32,000 nucleotides of DNA, taken from positions 1,350,001 through 1,382,000 of the forward strand of contig NC_014034.1 in assembly GCF_000021865.1 (NCBI RefSeq), given 5' to 3'. Positions 1-8,647 of this stretch are shown piece after piece. The notes beneath the pieces are model-generated. The model was not told the DNA's origin. It saw nothing but the letters and a program-made list of their open reading frames with translations, and made no database searches. A program made the position numbers and the translations under genes. The DNA is from Rhodobacter capsulatus SB 1003 (GTDB lineage Bacteria > Pseudomonadota > Alphaproteobacteria > Rhodobacterales > Rhodobacteraceae). The stretch's first letter is position 1. Every line of letters begins with the position of its first letter.

Positions 1-12
1 CGCGGCGGCTCG

Positions 13-1398
13 ATGGCGCTGGAAACTCTGGCGCAGCGGGCGCAGGCGGCGCTTGGCGGCACGCTGCGCGGGCAAGGCGCCTCGATAGCGCTGTTGGAGT
101 TTTCCGGCCCGCCCCCCGAGGAGGACAAGATCCGCGCCTTTCTGAGCGCCACGCCGCAATGCCATTTCACCCTCACCTGGGGCACGGGCGAGACCGAGGC
201 GCAGGCGATCAAGGCGGCGCGAGACCGGCAGTTTTCGCAGCTTGCCACGGTGGTGCTGCCTGCGATCATGGCGGGGGTGCGCCCCTGTGCGATCGATCAC
301 ACGCGGCCCGGCACGATCAGCGATTTCGACCTCAAGGAGCAGAAGGAACGTTTCCTTTGTGCCTCGGTCGCGGACCGGCGCAAGATCGGTCGGGTCGGTC
401 GGCCGCAATTGTTTCGCAAACGCCAGCCGCAACCGCCGCAAAGTTTCGAGGACATCGCGCCCGAGGACGCCCCCGGCCTCAAGCCAAATGTGCGGGGCAA
501 GATTGCGGTGATCGTCGCCGATGGCATGGGGGGCGGCGATCTTGCAAAGGCCTATGGCACCGACACCGCAGGGTTCAGCACTGCGATGGCGGCGTTTCGG
601 GCGCGTCTGGCCGAGGCGATCGAAGATTGGGCTAGCGCCGAGGGGCTGATTTACACCGACAAGGCGGGCGTGGCCCATGCAAGGGTCGATGTGCTGATGT
701 GGGGCGGCGATGACATGACCTTTGTCGTGCCCGCTTCGCATGTGCTGGGGTTTCTGGCGGCGCTGCAGGGGGTGCTGGGCGCGCCCTTCGACAAGGACAA
801 GGGGACGGCGCGGTTCGGGCACCGCATCGGCTGCGTGATCGCGCAGCGCAAGACGCCGATCCGGCTTTTGAAGAAACTGGCCGGCAGCGCCGAGGCGGCG
901 TTGCGCGATGCGGTGACGCCCGAGATGCGCAAGGCGGGGGTGTCGGTGGTCTCGCTTGACGTGTTCGAAAGCGCGCCTTTGCCCTTTGCCTCGATCCTCG
1001 ATCATCGCCGCACCGTGTATGGGCAGGGCTATCGCTCGGGCGCGGATGCGGTCTTGCTGTCGCATGTCGCCAAGATGGCGGCGGCGCTGCGGGAGCTGGA
1101 CGACGAGGAAGGGGCGATCCTGAAGATGTCGCAGATTTATCGGCTGCTCGATGTCGCGCGGCTGTCACGGCGGGACCTGTGCAGCAAGGCGGCAGATGAG
1201 GCGATTGCCGAGGCGATGAAGGGGCATTTCGAGCGGGTGAAGGGCACGCCACCCGATATGGCCGCGTGGGAAAATGGCTGGACCGGGCAGGCCTCGCGCG
1301 GGTTGGCGCTGCTTCTGGCGCAGGTGGCGCAACTGCAACCCTATGCGCAACCCTTTACCGACGAACGCGCCCGCGTTCTTTCGGAGGCCGTGCAATGA
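13..1398 (+). CDS. cas10: Cas10-like type III large subunit (Palm/cyclase part); N-terminus may continue upstream of the window
   Basis: The frame is open back to nt 1. Motifs KIAVIVADGMGGGD and VLMWGGDDMTFVVP (GGDD codons 703-714), followed by a helical tail (MSQIYRLLDV), reproduce the Cas10 Palm2 + D4 pattern. LLEFSG near the N-terminus resembles the Palm1 strand. The stop overlaps the ATG of the next RAMP gene (ATGA at 1395-1398). No HD motif is seen in the visible part. Confidence 0.7.
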   Translation: MALETLAQRAQAALGGTLRGQGASIALLEFSGPPPEEDKIRAFLSATPQCHFTLTWGTGETEAQAIKAARDRQFSQLATVVLPAIMAGVRPCAIDHTRPGTISDFDLKEQKERFLCASVADRRKIGRVGRPQLFRKRQPQPPQSFEDIAPEDAPGLKPNVRGKIAVIVADGMGGGDLAKAYGTDTAGFSTAMAAFRARLAEAIEDWASAEGLIYTDKAGVAHARVDVLMWGGDDMTFVVPASHVLGFLAALQGVLGAPFDKDKGTARFGHRIGCVIAQRKTPIRLLKKLAGSAEAALRDAVTPEMRKAGVSVVSLDVFESAPLPFASILDHRRTVYGQGYRSGADAVLLSHVAKMAAALRELDDEEGAILKMSQIYRLLDVARLSRRDLCSKAADEAIAEAMKGHFERVKGTPPDMAAWENGWTGQASRGLALLLAQVAQLQPYAQPFTDERARVLSEAVQ

Positions 1399-3041
1399 CC
1401 GCGCCACTTGTGTTTGATGTCACGCTGTCGCTCAAGGCACCGTTCCTGTTTCCCGGCCAGGATCCCGGTCGGTTCGGCTATGACCGGGTCGCGCTGCGCG
1501 ATCTGGACGGTCGGCCGATCATTCCGCAAGACCAGATCAAGGGGCTGATCCGGCATGGTCTGACGATCATGGGCGAGACCGAGCTGGTCGAGGGGCTGAT
1601 GGGCAAGGGCTCGGCCGATGCGCGCAAGGACAGCGGCGGGGCGTTCGAGCCCGCCAAGGGGCGGATGTTCCTGACCGATCTGCGCTGCACGATCGAGCCC
1701 GATCTGCGCTCGACCGACTACCACCGGGTGCAGATCGACGACGAGAGCGGGGCGGCGAAACAGGGGCATCTGTTGCGGATCGAGCAGGTCTTTGCGCCCG
1801 AACGGGAGGTTGCCTTCAGCGGGCGGATCACCCTCTTTCCGACGGCGAAAGCGCCCGATGCGCAGGCGCTTGCTCTGCTGCTCGCGGCGGCACTGCAGTG
1901 CAAGCGCCATATCGGCGCCATGGCCTCGATCGGTTTTGGCGAGGTCAGCGGCTGCTCGGTGGAGCCGGCCCTGGAAGCCGAAGAGGCCTGCAAGTTGCCG
2001 GCCGATCCGGTCGGGCGGTTCCTGTGGCGGTTCCGCGTCGATCGGCCCTATCTGGTCGATGCGATCCGCACCGACAACGGCTATATCGGCCAGCCGACGA
2101 TTCCGGGCGGGGCGCTGAAGGGGCTGGTGGCGCGCTGTGCCGAGATGCGCGGCAACCCTCTCGATGCCCAAAGCCTGTCCGACACCGTTTTCGGCCATGC
2201 CACGCAACATGTGGCTCAGGCACTGCCGCTCTCGGTGGTCTGTCTCAAGGAAAAGGGTGCCGAGACCTGCCGCGATCTGGCGGGGAAGGGCGCTTTGCCC
2301 GATGGCGTGACCTTGCAGATCGACTGGAAGGCGGTTCACGAGGCGGCCTGTGTCGCGGGTTTCAAGCACTGTCTTGCGCCGCCGCCGCGCCATGTCGAGC
2401 GGGTCCACACGCAGATCGATGCGACAACCGGGGCGGCGCAGGATGAGAACCTGTTTTCGACCACCGCTGTGGTGCCGGGGAACGATGTGTTCACGGCCCT
2501 CGTCGATACCTCGGCGCTGAGCGCAGAAAATGCCCGCGCCGTGTTGAGTGCGCTTTGCGCGCCGATGCCGGGATTGGGTCGCACCGATGCCCGGGTGGAG
2601 CCGATCGACTTCGTGACGGACAAGGCACCTTCTCCGGTGACGGGCACGGTTGCGCTGGTCCTGCAAACCAAGGCCTGGATCGAGGTGGATCCGGCGCTGC
2701 TGCGTCACGATCCGCTTGCGGCCTATGCGCCCGCGTTCAAGGCCTTCTTGCCGAATTCGACGCTTCTCGAGGTTCATGCGGCTCAGGAATTGCTGGGCGA
2801 CTATCTGGCACGGCGGTTCACGGGCCAAAGTGGCTACATGCCTTGGCTGGTCACCAGTCGGGGGTCGGTTTTCGTGCTCGATGTGGCGCCGAGCGATCAG
2901 GCCGAACTGGCGGCGCTGCAGCGCAAGGGGCTTTGTTCGGCGACGCGGGACGGCACCGCGCTTGACTGGCAAAGCTGCCCCTTCGTCGCGGAAAACGGCT
3001 ATGGCGCATTCCTCCTCTCATCGGTCGGGGGTTCTCGATGA
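1395..3041 (+). CDS. Two-RAMP fusion protein (Cas7-like N-terminal domain + Cas5/Csx10-like C-terminal domain), 548 aa
   Basis: ATG 1395 overlaps the cas10 stop. First RAMP: IIPQDQIKGLIRHG (about nt 1518-1559), RVQIDDESGAAKQGHLLRIEQV, and G-rich loop IGAMASIGFGEV. Second RAMP: TIPGGALKGLVAR (about nt 2097-2135), HTQIDATTGAAQDENLFSTTAV, and tail GSVFVLDV...ENGYGAFLL, typical of Cas5-family (Csm4/Cmr3/Csx10) C-termini. The Cas7 versus Cas5 assignment of each half is inference. Confidence 0.7.
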   Translation: MTAPLVFDVTLSLKAPFLFPGQDPGRFGYDRVALRDLDGRPIIPQDQIKGLIRHGLTIMGETELVEGLMGKGSADARKDSGGAFEPAKGRMFLTDLRCTIEPDLRSTDYHRVQIDDESGAAKQGHLLRIEQVFAPEREVAFSGRITLFPTAKAPDAQALALLLAAALQCKRHIGAMASIGFGEVSGCSVEPALEAEEACKLPADPVGRFLWRFRVDRPYLVDAIRTDNGYIGQPTIPGGALKGLVARCAEMRGNPLDAQSLSDTVFGHATQHVAQALPLSVVCLKEKGAETCRDLAGKGALPDGVTLQIDWKAVHEAACVAGFKHCLAPPPRHVERVHTQIDATTGAAQDENLFSTTAVVPGNDVFTALVDTSALSAENARAVLSALCAPMPGLGRTDARVEPIDFVTDKAPSPVTGTVALVLQTKAWIEVDPALLRHDPLAAYAPAFKAFLPNSTLLEVHAAQELLGDYLARRFTGQSGYMPWLVTSRGSVFVLDVAPSDQAELAALQRKGLCSATRDGTALDWQSCPFVAENGYGAFLLSSVGGSR

Positions 3042-5665
3042 AACATCTCAGAAGATACCGCCTCGAATGGACGGTGCTGACGCCGCTGCATGTGGGGGCG
3101 GGGCAATCCGAACTGCGTGCGCATGACGAGGAAGACGCGTCCGAAGTGGCGCTGATCGCCCGCGATCATGCGGGCAAGCCCTGGATTCCGGGCAGCACGA
3201 TCAAGGGGGCGCTGGGAGCGACCTGCACCGATGTAAAGGTGCGGCTGTTCGGCAAACCGCATGAAAAGGGATCGCAGCAGGCCCGCGGTACCCTGACTTT
3301 TTCCGGGGCGCGTTATGTGTCGAAAGCGGGCAGCAGCGCTAGTTTCGAACTCGCCCAAACCAGTGTCGCCGTAGGCACCGGCGTTGCGGCGGCCAACAAA
3401 CTCTATCGGCGCGATTTCGTGCCCGAAGGGGTGACCTTCACCTCCGATATCGACGTTGAAAGCGGCGACGAACCGACGGTGCAGGCCGATTGCGCCGCGC
3501 TTGAAACGCTGCTTGCGCTGGCAGCCTCGTCCGAGGGGCTGAACCTCGGGGCCAACAAGGCCGATGACCTTGGACGGCTGCAGATCACCCGCATCGAGCG
3601 TGCCGAGAGCCGCTTTGGCCCGACCGGCTGGACCGCACAGACCTTTGCCCCGCACACGATCGCCGCCTCAGCCCCGGTCCGGGCCCCGCTCTTCGGTCTG
3701 CGCATGGTTTGCCCCGGCCCGTTCCTCTCGAAGGGCGGGCAGACGGACAACGAAACGCAGCCGCTGATGGATGCTGCGGGCAAGGCCCCCCGCATCATGG
3801 GGACGGCGGTTTCCGGGGCGCTGCGCAAACGCGCCGAATGGCTTTGGGCGCTGCACCTGCATCGCGGTGGTGGTGCCGAGATGAAAAGCTGCAAGACCTC
3901 GGCCGGACCGCGCGACCTTGATCCTGTCCAGCGCCTCTTCGGCTACGAAGGCCGCCGCGGCCTGTTGCAGGTCTCGCCGCGCAATGTGTCGGCCAAAGGA
4001 TCCTGCCAGATCCCCGGCGTCAGTCTCGATGCGATGACCGCCGCGCCTCGTGATGGGCTCTTGTTCTTTTACCACGCCCATCACGGCGTCACCTTCGATC
4101 TGTCCATCTCCACCCGAGCCGACCTTGACGCAGCCGAGACCAATCTTTTCGACTTGCTCAAGGCTGATCTGGAGGCCAATGGCCTCAAGCTTGGCATGGG
4201 CACCACGAAAGGCTTCGGGTGGTTTTGCTCCGATCAAGACCCTATCCTGAAGCACTATTCCGAAAAACAGACGGAAGCGTTGAAGCTCAAATCGAAAGAG
4301 GATCCCGCGGACCATTACGCCGAAGCGGAATTGCCATCGAACCTCGTGACCATTCCCTACCGTCTCAGCCGGATCGACCCGAACGTGATACAACTCCCGG
4401 AGCAACGGGTCTCGGATCGCTTCTCGAACCATGCGCTGTTGTCGAAGCCGATGCCCGCTGCCGCCTCGGGCCATATCGATCTGGTGTGGCATGTCGAAAC
4501 CCCGGTTCTGGTCGCGGCGCAGACGCATGACCATACCAAACCGCCCAAGGATGTGCCTTTCCAGAAGATCGGAGATACCTTCGCCATTCCCGGTTCTACG
4601 ATCAAGGGCATGTTGCGCGCGGAACTGGAGCGCCGGGTAAATGCCCGCGCCTATAGAATTATCGAAAACCTGCTTGCAATCACTGACGACCCCGAGGCGG
4701 AAAGGCCGCATCTCGATGCGAAGAAGCAACTGGCCGCTTTCAAGGCGCATCGGCCGGATGTGAACGAAAACTACACTCCTGATTTCGCCGAAGCGCTCTT
4801 TGGCTTCGTGCGCGAACCCGAAAGCGACGACAAAAGCCGCAGTCGCCATGAAGCCCTGCATCTCAAGGCGCGTATCTCCTGTGGCATGGCTTGGCTGGTG
4901 TCGGAGTACGACGCCGACAAATCCAGAGACGAACTCTACGTCATCGCGGCTGCCGAGCCGCGCCCGATCTCGAAGTTCTACGATCACTTCGGTCGCAAGG
5001 CCTATCTTGTGGACAACGCGTCGGCCGCCGATGTGGTGGCGCGTTTGAAAGCCGCAGAAAGGAAGCTCGACAAATACGCCTCCCCCCTGAAATTGCTTCA
5101 TCCGAAACAAGGGCAAAACCTTCTCTTTGCGCAGCGCATCTATCTGCACAACATGACCGAAGCAGAAATCGGAGCCTTCCTGACCGTGCTCACGCTTGAT
5201 TTCACCCTGCGCAACCGCTTCCTCATCGGACGGGCCCGGGCGTTCAATGCGGGCAAATGCTTCCCGGCGAAGATCAAACTGACATTGACGCCGAACGATG
5301 CCGGGGCAGATTACCCGGCAAGGGGCGGCAGCAAAGCCGATATGCGGATGATCGGACAATCCGCAACGCCCTTCCTGTCTGCCTTCGGAAAATTCGTCAA
5401 CTCTGGCGAAGATCCGAGCACCGCGCGAGACCCGGCTCTCGCACGGTCGATGGGGTTTGCCGCCAAAGAGTTCAATGCCGCGCATGACCCGCTTTTCGGG
5501 GATTATCTGCGCAAGCGTTCGCGCCTCGATGACGGCAAGATCTATTACCAGCAGACGAGTGACGACCCGAAGAACCGGAATTTCTCCGCTTCGGACCGCC
5601 AAAAGGCCTTCGAGGCGAACAATGGCCGTCTGGCCGCCGTGTTGAAAAAGACATGGCGGGACTAG
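3038..5665 (+). CDS. Three-RAMP (Cas7-like x3) fusion protein, 875 aa, with a ~130-aa non-RAMP C-terminal tail
   Basis: ATG 3038 overlaps the upstream stop (ATGA). There are three copies of the RAMP helix motif: WIPGSTIKGALGA (nt 3182-3220), IMGTAVSGALRKRA (3794-3832) and AIPGSTIKGMLRAELE (4583-4620). Each is followed by an LFG-type strand (LFGKPHEKG, QRLFGYEGRRGLLQV, ALFGFVREP) and a G-rich loop (LGANKADDLGRL, LGMGTTKGFGWF, IGRARAFNAGKCF). Confidence 0.75.
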   Translation: MKHLRRYRLEWTVLTPLHVGAGQSELRAHDEEDASEVALIARDHAGKPWIPGSTIKGALGATCTDVKVRLFGKPHEKGSQQARGTLTFSGARYVSKAGSSASFELAQTSVAVGTGVAAANKLYRRDFVPEGVTFTSDIDVESGDEPTVQADCAALETLLALAASSEGLNLGANKADDLGRLQITRIERAESRFGPTGWTAQTFAPHTIAASAPVRAPLFGLRMVCPGPFLSKGGQTDNETQPLMDAAGKAPRIMGTAVSGALRKRAEWLWALHLHRGGGAEMKSCKTSAGPRDLDPVQRLFGYEGRRGLLQVSPRNVSAKGSCQIPGVSLDAMTAAPRDGLLFFYHAHHGVTFDLSISTRADLDAAETNLFDLLKADLEANGLKLGMGTTKGFGWFCSDQDPILKHYSEKQTEALKLKSKEDPADHYAEAELPSNLVTIPYRLSRIDPNVIQLPEQRVSDRFSNHALLSKPMPAAASGHIDLVWHVETPVLVAAQTHDHTKPPKDVPFQKIGDTFAIPGSTIKGMLRAELERRVNARAYRIIENLLAITDDPEAERPHLDAKKQLAAFKAHRPDVNENYTPDFAEALFGFVREPESDDKSRSRHEALHLKARISCGMAWLVSEYDADKSRDELYVIAAAEPRPISKFYDHFGRKAYLVDNASAADVVARLKAAERKLDKYASPLKLLHPKQGQNLLFAQRIYLHNMTEAEIGAFLTVLTLDFTLRNRFLIGRARAFNAGKCFPAKIKLTLTPNDAGADYPARGGSKADMRMIGQSATPFLSAFGKFVNSGEDPSTARDPALARSMGFAAKEFNAAHDPLFGDYLRKRSRLDDGKIYYQQTSDDPKNRNFSASDRQKAFEANNGRLAAVLKKTWRD

Positions 5666-5952
5666 ACGATCCAGTAGTTCCCCGGCGGCTCGATGGGGGC
5701 GGCGTCGTCGTAGGTGCGGGTGCGGGTTTCGCCGCTGGCGCCGATGGCATAGACGCGCAGGCTGTCGCCGGGGGCAAGTTCGGCCGCGACGCGTTGGGCC
5801 AGCGCCGCCGCGCGCTGCTCGCTCAGCCGCGCCTCGAAGACCGAATATTGCACCCGCGTCGCGGCCCCTTCCAAAATCCGCGCCACCCGACGCCGCTTGC
5901 GGTCTTGCGACACGTCATAGGTGAAGACCATCAGCATCTCGGCGCGCGGCAT
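5662..5952 (-). CDS. cas2: CRISPR-associated endoribonuclease Cas2
   Basis: MLMVFTYDVSQDRKRRRVARILEGAATRVQYSVFEARLS is the canonical Cas2 N-terminal ferredoxin-fold signature. Start taken at ATG 5950-5952 (alternative Met at 5937). The stop overlaps the stop of the convergent RAMP gene at the palindromic CTAG (5662-5665). Confidence 0.85.
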   Translation of the reverse strand: MPRAEMLMVFTYDVSQDRKRRRVARILEGAATRVQYSVFEARLSEQRAAALAQRVAAELAPGDSLRVYAIGASGETRTRTYDDAAPIEPPGNYWIV

Positions 5953-6236
5953 GGCAGACCCTTTTCGGTGCAGATTTCGGGCCTCAGTCTGCCGCGAAAC
6001 GGGGGGCTGCGAAAGCCCTTGCCGGGCGGGCGGCCCTGCGGCGGTCTGTCGTGGCGCGGGGCAATCTTGACGGTGGACAGGACGGATTTCGCCTGCCAGT
6101 TTGAACTTGAGAGGCGGAAAATCGGGCAAAATCGCCGATTCACCGTTGGAAACCCTGCCATGACCTTGAAGTCACAGGATAAAGGAGGAAAAACACGCAG
6201 CAAAACCGGGCTTGCAAGGGCTGTTTCGGAGTGTCG

Positions 6237-6299
6237 GGCACATCACGGTTGGAAAGCGGACCAGAAAGCGCTTTCGGGTCTTGGGTTTGCAGAGGGTAA
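6237..6299 (+). promoter_or_regulatory. CRISPR leader, proximal conserved block (copy 1)
   Basis: These 63 nt lie immediately 5' of the first repeat. They are 61/63 identical to 8585-8647, which lies 5' of array 2. Confidence 0.6.
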
Positions 6300-6475
6300 G
6301 CCCAGACACCTCTCCCGCCAGTAAGCGGATTGAGACACCCAGAACAGGTGTTTGAGCGGCCCACCCGCGCCCAGACACCTCTCCCGCCAGTAAGCGGATT
6401 GAGACGAATGACAGCAACGTACAGCATCGTTTGCCTTTGCCCAGACACCTCTCCCGCCAGTAAGCGGATTGAGAC
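6300..6475 (+). CRISPR. CRISPR array 1: 3 repeats, 2 spacers
   Basis: Identical 37-nt repeats GCCCAGACACCTCTCCCGCCAGTAAGCGGATTGAGAC at 6300-6336, 6369-6405 and 6439-6475. Spacers are 32 nt (6337-6368) and 33 nt (6406-6438). The internal hairpin is CCGC-CAGTAA-GCGG. Plus orientation is inferred from the 3' ATTGAGAC (resembles the AUUGxxAC 8-nt handle of Cas6-processed crRNAs) and from the conserved leader on the left. Confidence 0.95.
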
Positions 6476-6525
6476 ATGCCCTATTCAACGAGGGCGGCGC
6501 CACGGGACGGCAATCCTTGGCGAGT

Positions 6526-8504
6526 TCAGTAGTCCTGCAGCTGCGGCAGGTAGGGGACCGTTTCCGGGCTGCGGCAGTGGCGGGCGAGCGCGCGGGCCTC
6601 TTCGAGCATGATCCGGCGCAGGGCGTGGCGCTGTCCGGTCTGGCTGGAGCGGATCACCCGTTCCAGCGCCTCCTCGTAGCCGGTGATCAGCGCGCGCCGA
6701 CCGGGGGTGAGGAGGCGCAGGCTGTCGCCCTGCGGCTCGAACATCTCCTCGCGCAGGCGGCGGCGGTTGAAGAGGCTCACCGCCAGCCCCTCGGAGAGGG
6801 TGGCGCGGAACACCTCCATCAGGTCATAGACGGCGGCGTCGCCCCGGTCCTGCGCCTGATGCAGCACGCCAAAGCCGGGGTGCAGCCCCGCGCCGATCAG
6901 CGCGGCGCGGATGTCGCGGGCCAAAAGCGCGGTCAGGTAATTGATCGCGGCGTTGAGGGGCGTTTTCGCCGGGCGTTCGCACAGGAACGGCCCCTTGTGC
7001 GCGGTGCAAAGCCGCGCCAGCGCGGGCCAGTAGATCCGGGCGGCCCGCCCCTCATGGCCGCGCAAGGTGTCCAGATCGGGCATCGGTGCGGCAAGGCCCC
7101 GGATCGCGCGGCCAAGGGCGGCGATGGCGCGGTCCACCTCGGTCGCCTTGGCGGAGCGGTTGAGCACGGCAAGCCGCGCGCGCTGGTTGCGCAGCCGCGC
7201 CCCGACCAGAACCCGCGCCAGCGCCAGACGCCGTTCGGGATGCAGCACAAGCGCGGCCTGCGCCAGCTGCAGCTGCGCCTCGGCGGGCTGCGGCGGGGCA
7301 AGATAGCCCTGCGTCTTGCCATGGCCATCGAGAAAGGCAAGCGTGGTGTCGGTGGCCAGCGCATGACGCCAGACCGGGTCATCGACCACGGCGCCCGGGC
7401 CCAGCTCGATCCGGTTCACCCGCGCGGGCGGCAGCGACAAAAGCAGGCTGCCACCGCCATCGAGCACGGCGAAACTTTCGGCGCGCAGGCTCAGGCGGCG
7501 CTCGGGCTCGACCAGATAAAGCACCCGCGCCCCCGGATCGTAACCCGCCGCCACCGCCTCGGCCGTGGCCGCGTCGGCCTCGGCCAGTTCGCGCATCACG
7601 GCGCTGGCGTCGGGGTCGGGCTCGTCTGGGGCGGGCAGCACGAGCGAGCGGACGAAAAGCTGGCCCAGAAACTGAAAGCCGCGATCGAACCCCACCACCC
7701 GCGTTTCGCGCGAGACCATGCGCAGGCCGTGACCGGCGACGAACTCCTCGGCGAGCGCGCGGGCTTCCTCGGCCCCGGCCTCGCTGCGGGCGAGGATGAC
7801 GAAATCATCGGCAAAGCGCACGATCCGGGCGGCGCCGCTGTCGAAACGGTCGTCGAGCCCGTCGAAGAAGAGGTTCGACAACAGCGGCGAAAGCGGCGAG
7901 CCCTGCGCCAGACCGCGCCCCGGCGTGCCAAGCTGGCCCGAGCCATGCGCAAGCCAAAGCCCGACAAGGTCGATCAGCGCGCGGGTGCCGGGGGCGGGAT
8001 CGAGCGCGGTATCGAGCGCCTCGAGCACCGGGTCATGCGGGATCCGGTCAAAGGCCTTTTCGATATCGGCCTCGACCACCCAGGTGTAGCCCATCCGCCG
8101 CAGGGCCGAGATCCGGTCCACCGCCATCGCCACCGAACGGCCGGGGCGGTAGCCGTAGCTGTCGGGGGAAAACAGCGGCTCGAGCCGGGGGTCAGCGCGG
8201 CGGCGACGGCGGTTTGCACGATCCGGTCGGAGACGGCGGGGATGGCGAGGCGACGGGTGCCGCCGTCGGGCTTGGGGATCTCATGCAGGCGCAGCGGCCG
8301 GGGTGCGTAATTTCCGTTGCGCAACAGCCCCGACAGCCGCGCGATCGCCGCCGCCCCCTTGGCGGCAAAGGCTGCGATGCTTTGCCCGTCGCCCCCCGCA
8401 CATCCGTTGTTGCGCCGCACCTTTTCGAATGCCAAGGTGAGGGCATGGGGGTCGGAAATCTGGCCAAACAGGCCCGAAAATCGGCCTTCGTCGTTGGAAA
8501 TCAT
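6526..8504 (-). CDS. cas1: Reverse transcriptase-Cas1 fusion; reading frame interrupted by an apparent 1-nt frameshift near 8187-8191 (possible pseudogene or sequencing error)
   Basis: The N-terminal piece runs from ATG 8502-8504 (MISNDEGRFSGLFGQISDPHALTLAFEKVRRNNGCAGGDG...GGTRRLAIPAVSDRIVQTAVAAALTP) and carries RT motifs 0-2. The downstream frame continues PRLEPLFSPDSYGYRPGRSVAMAVDR...SPLLSNLFF...IVRFADDFVIL, with the FADD catalytic box around 7804-7815. The C-terminal half is Cas1-like (TLRGHEGRAARIYW...NAAINYLTALLARDI...GLHPGFGVLHQAQDRGDAAVYDLMEVFR). Confidence 0.85.
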
Positions 8505-8584
8505 GCCATGCCCCTGCGGGATAAGGGAAAAAGCGAGGTGAGAGACACAGGAAACCAGAAAATCGGGCCCGAGTCGAGGGATGC

Positions 8585-8647
8585 GGCACGTCACGGTTGG
8601 AAAGCGGACCAAAAAGCGCTTTCGGGTCTTGGGTTTGCAGAGGGTAA
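8585..8647 (+). promoter_or_regulatory. CRISPR leader, proximal conserved block (copy 2)
   Basis: 61/63 identical to 6237-6299. It lies in the 143-nt divergent region between the RT-cas1 start (8504) and the first repeat of array 2. Confidence 0.6.

Noticed and set aside
5662-5665. Convergent overlap of the 875-aa RAMP gene and cas2 at CTAG
   Set aside because: The overlap is real but trivial: TAG read on both strands of a palindromic tetranucleotide. No functional implication can be supported.
6160-6324. Possible leader peptide: both leaders translate in frame to ...HGWKADQKALSGLGFAEGKPRHLSRQ, stopping in the first repeat (also 8214-8672)
   Set aside because: The shared peptide follows automatically from the 61/63-nt leader duplication. 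With only two substitutions there is no evidence for selection on coding, and there is no convincing RBS and start.
5653-6324. 223-aa plus-strand ORF overlapping cas2 and the leader
   Set aside because: It is antisense to a textbook Cas2 sequence and runs into the CRISPR repeat. It is a shadow ORF.
6140-6503. Minus-strand ORFs across array 1 (and 8281-9217 across array 2) with recurring peptides such as NPLTGGRGVWA, IRLLAGEVSG and SAYWRERCLG
   Set aside because: The recurring peptides are simply the three-frame translations of the CRISPR repeat. They are not coding.
6469-8310. 613-aa plus-strand ORF covering the RT-cas1 region
   Set aside because: It is antisense to a gene with unmistakable RT and Cas1 motifs. 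The translation is Arg/Gly/Ala/Pro-rich and low-complexity with no motif, as expected for a shadow ORF in high-GC DNA.
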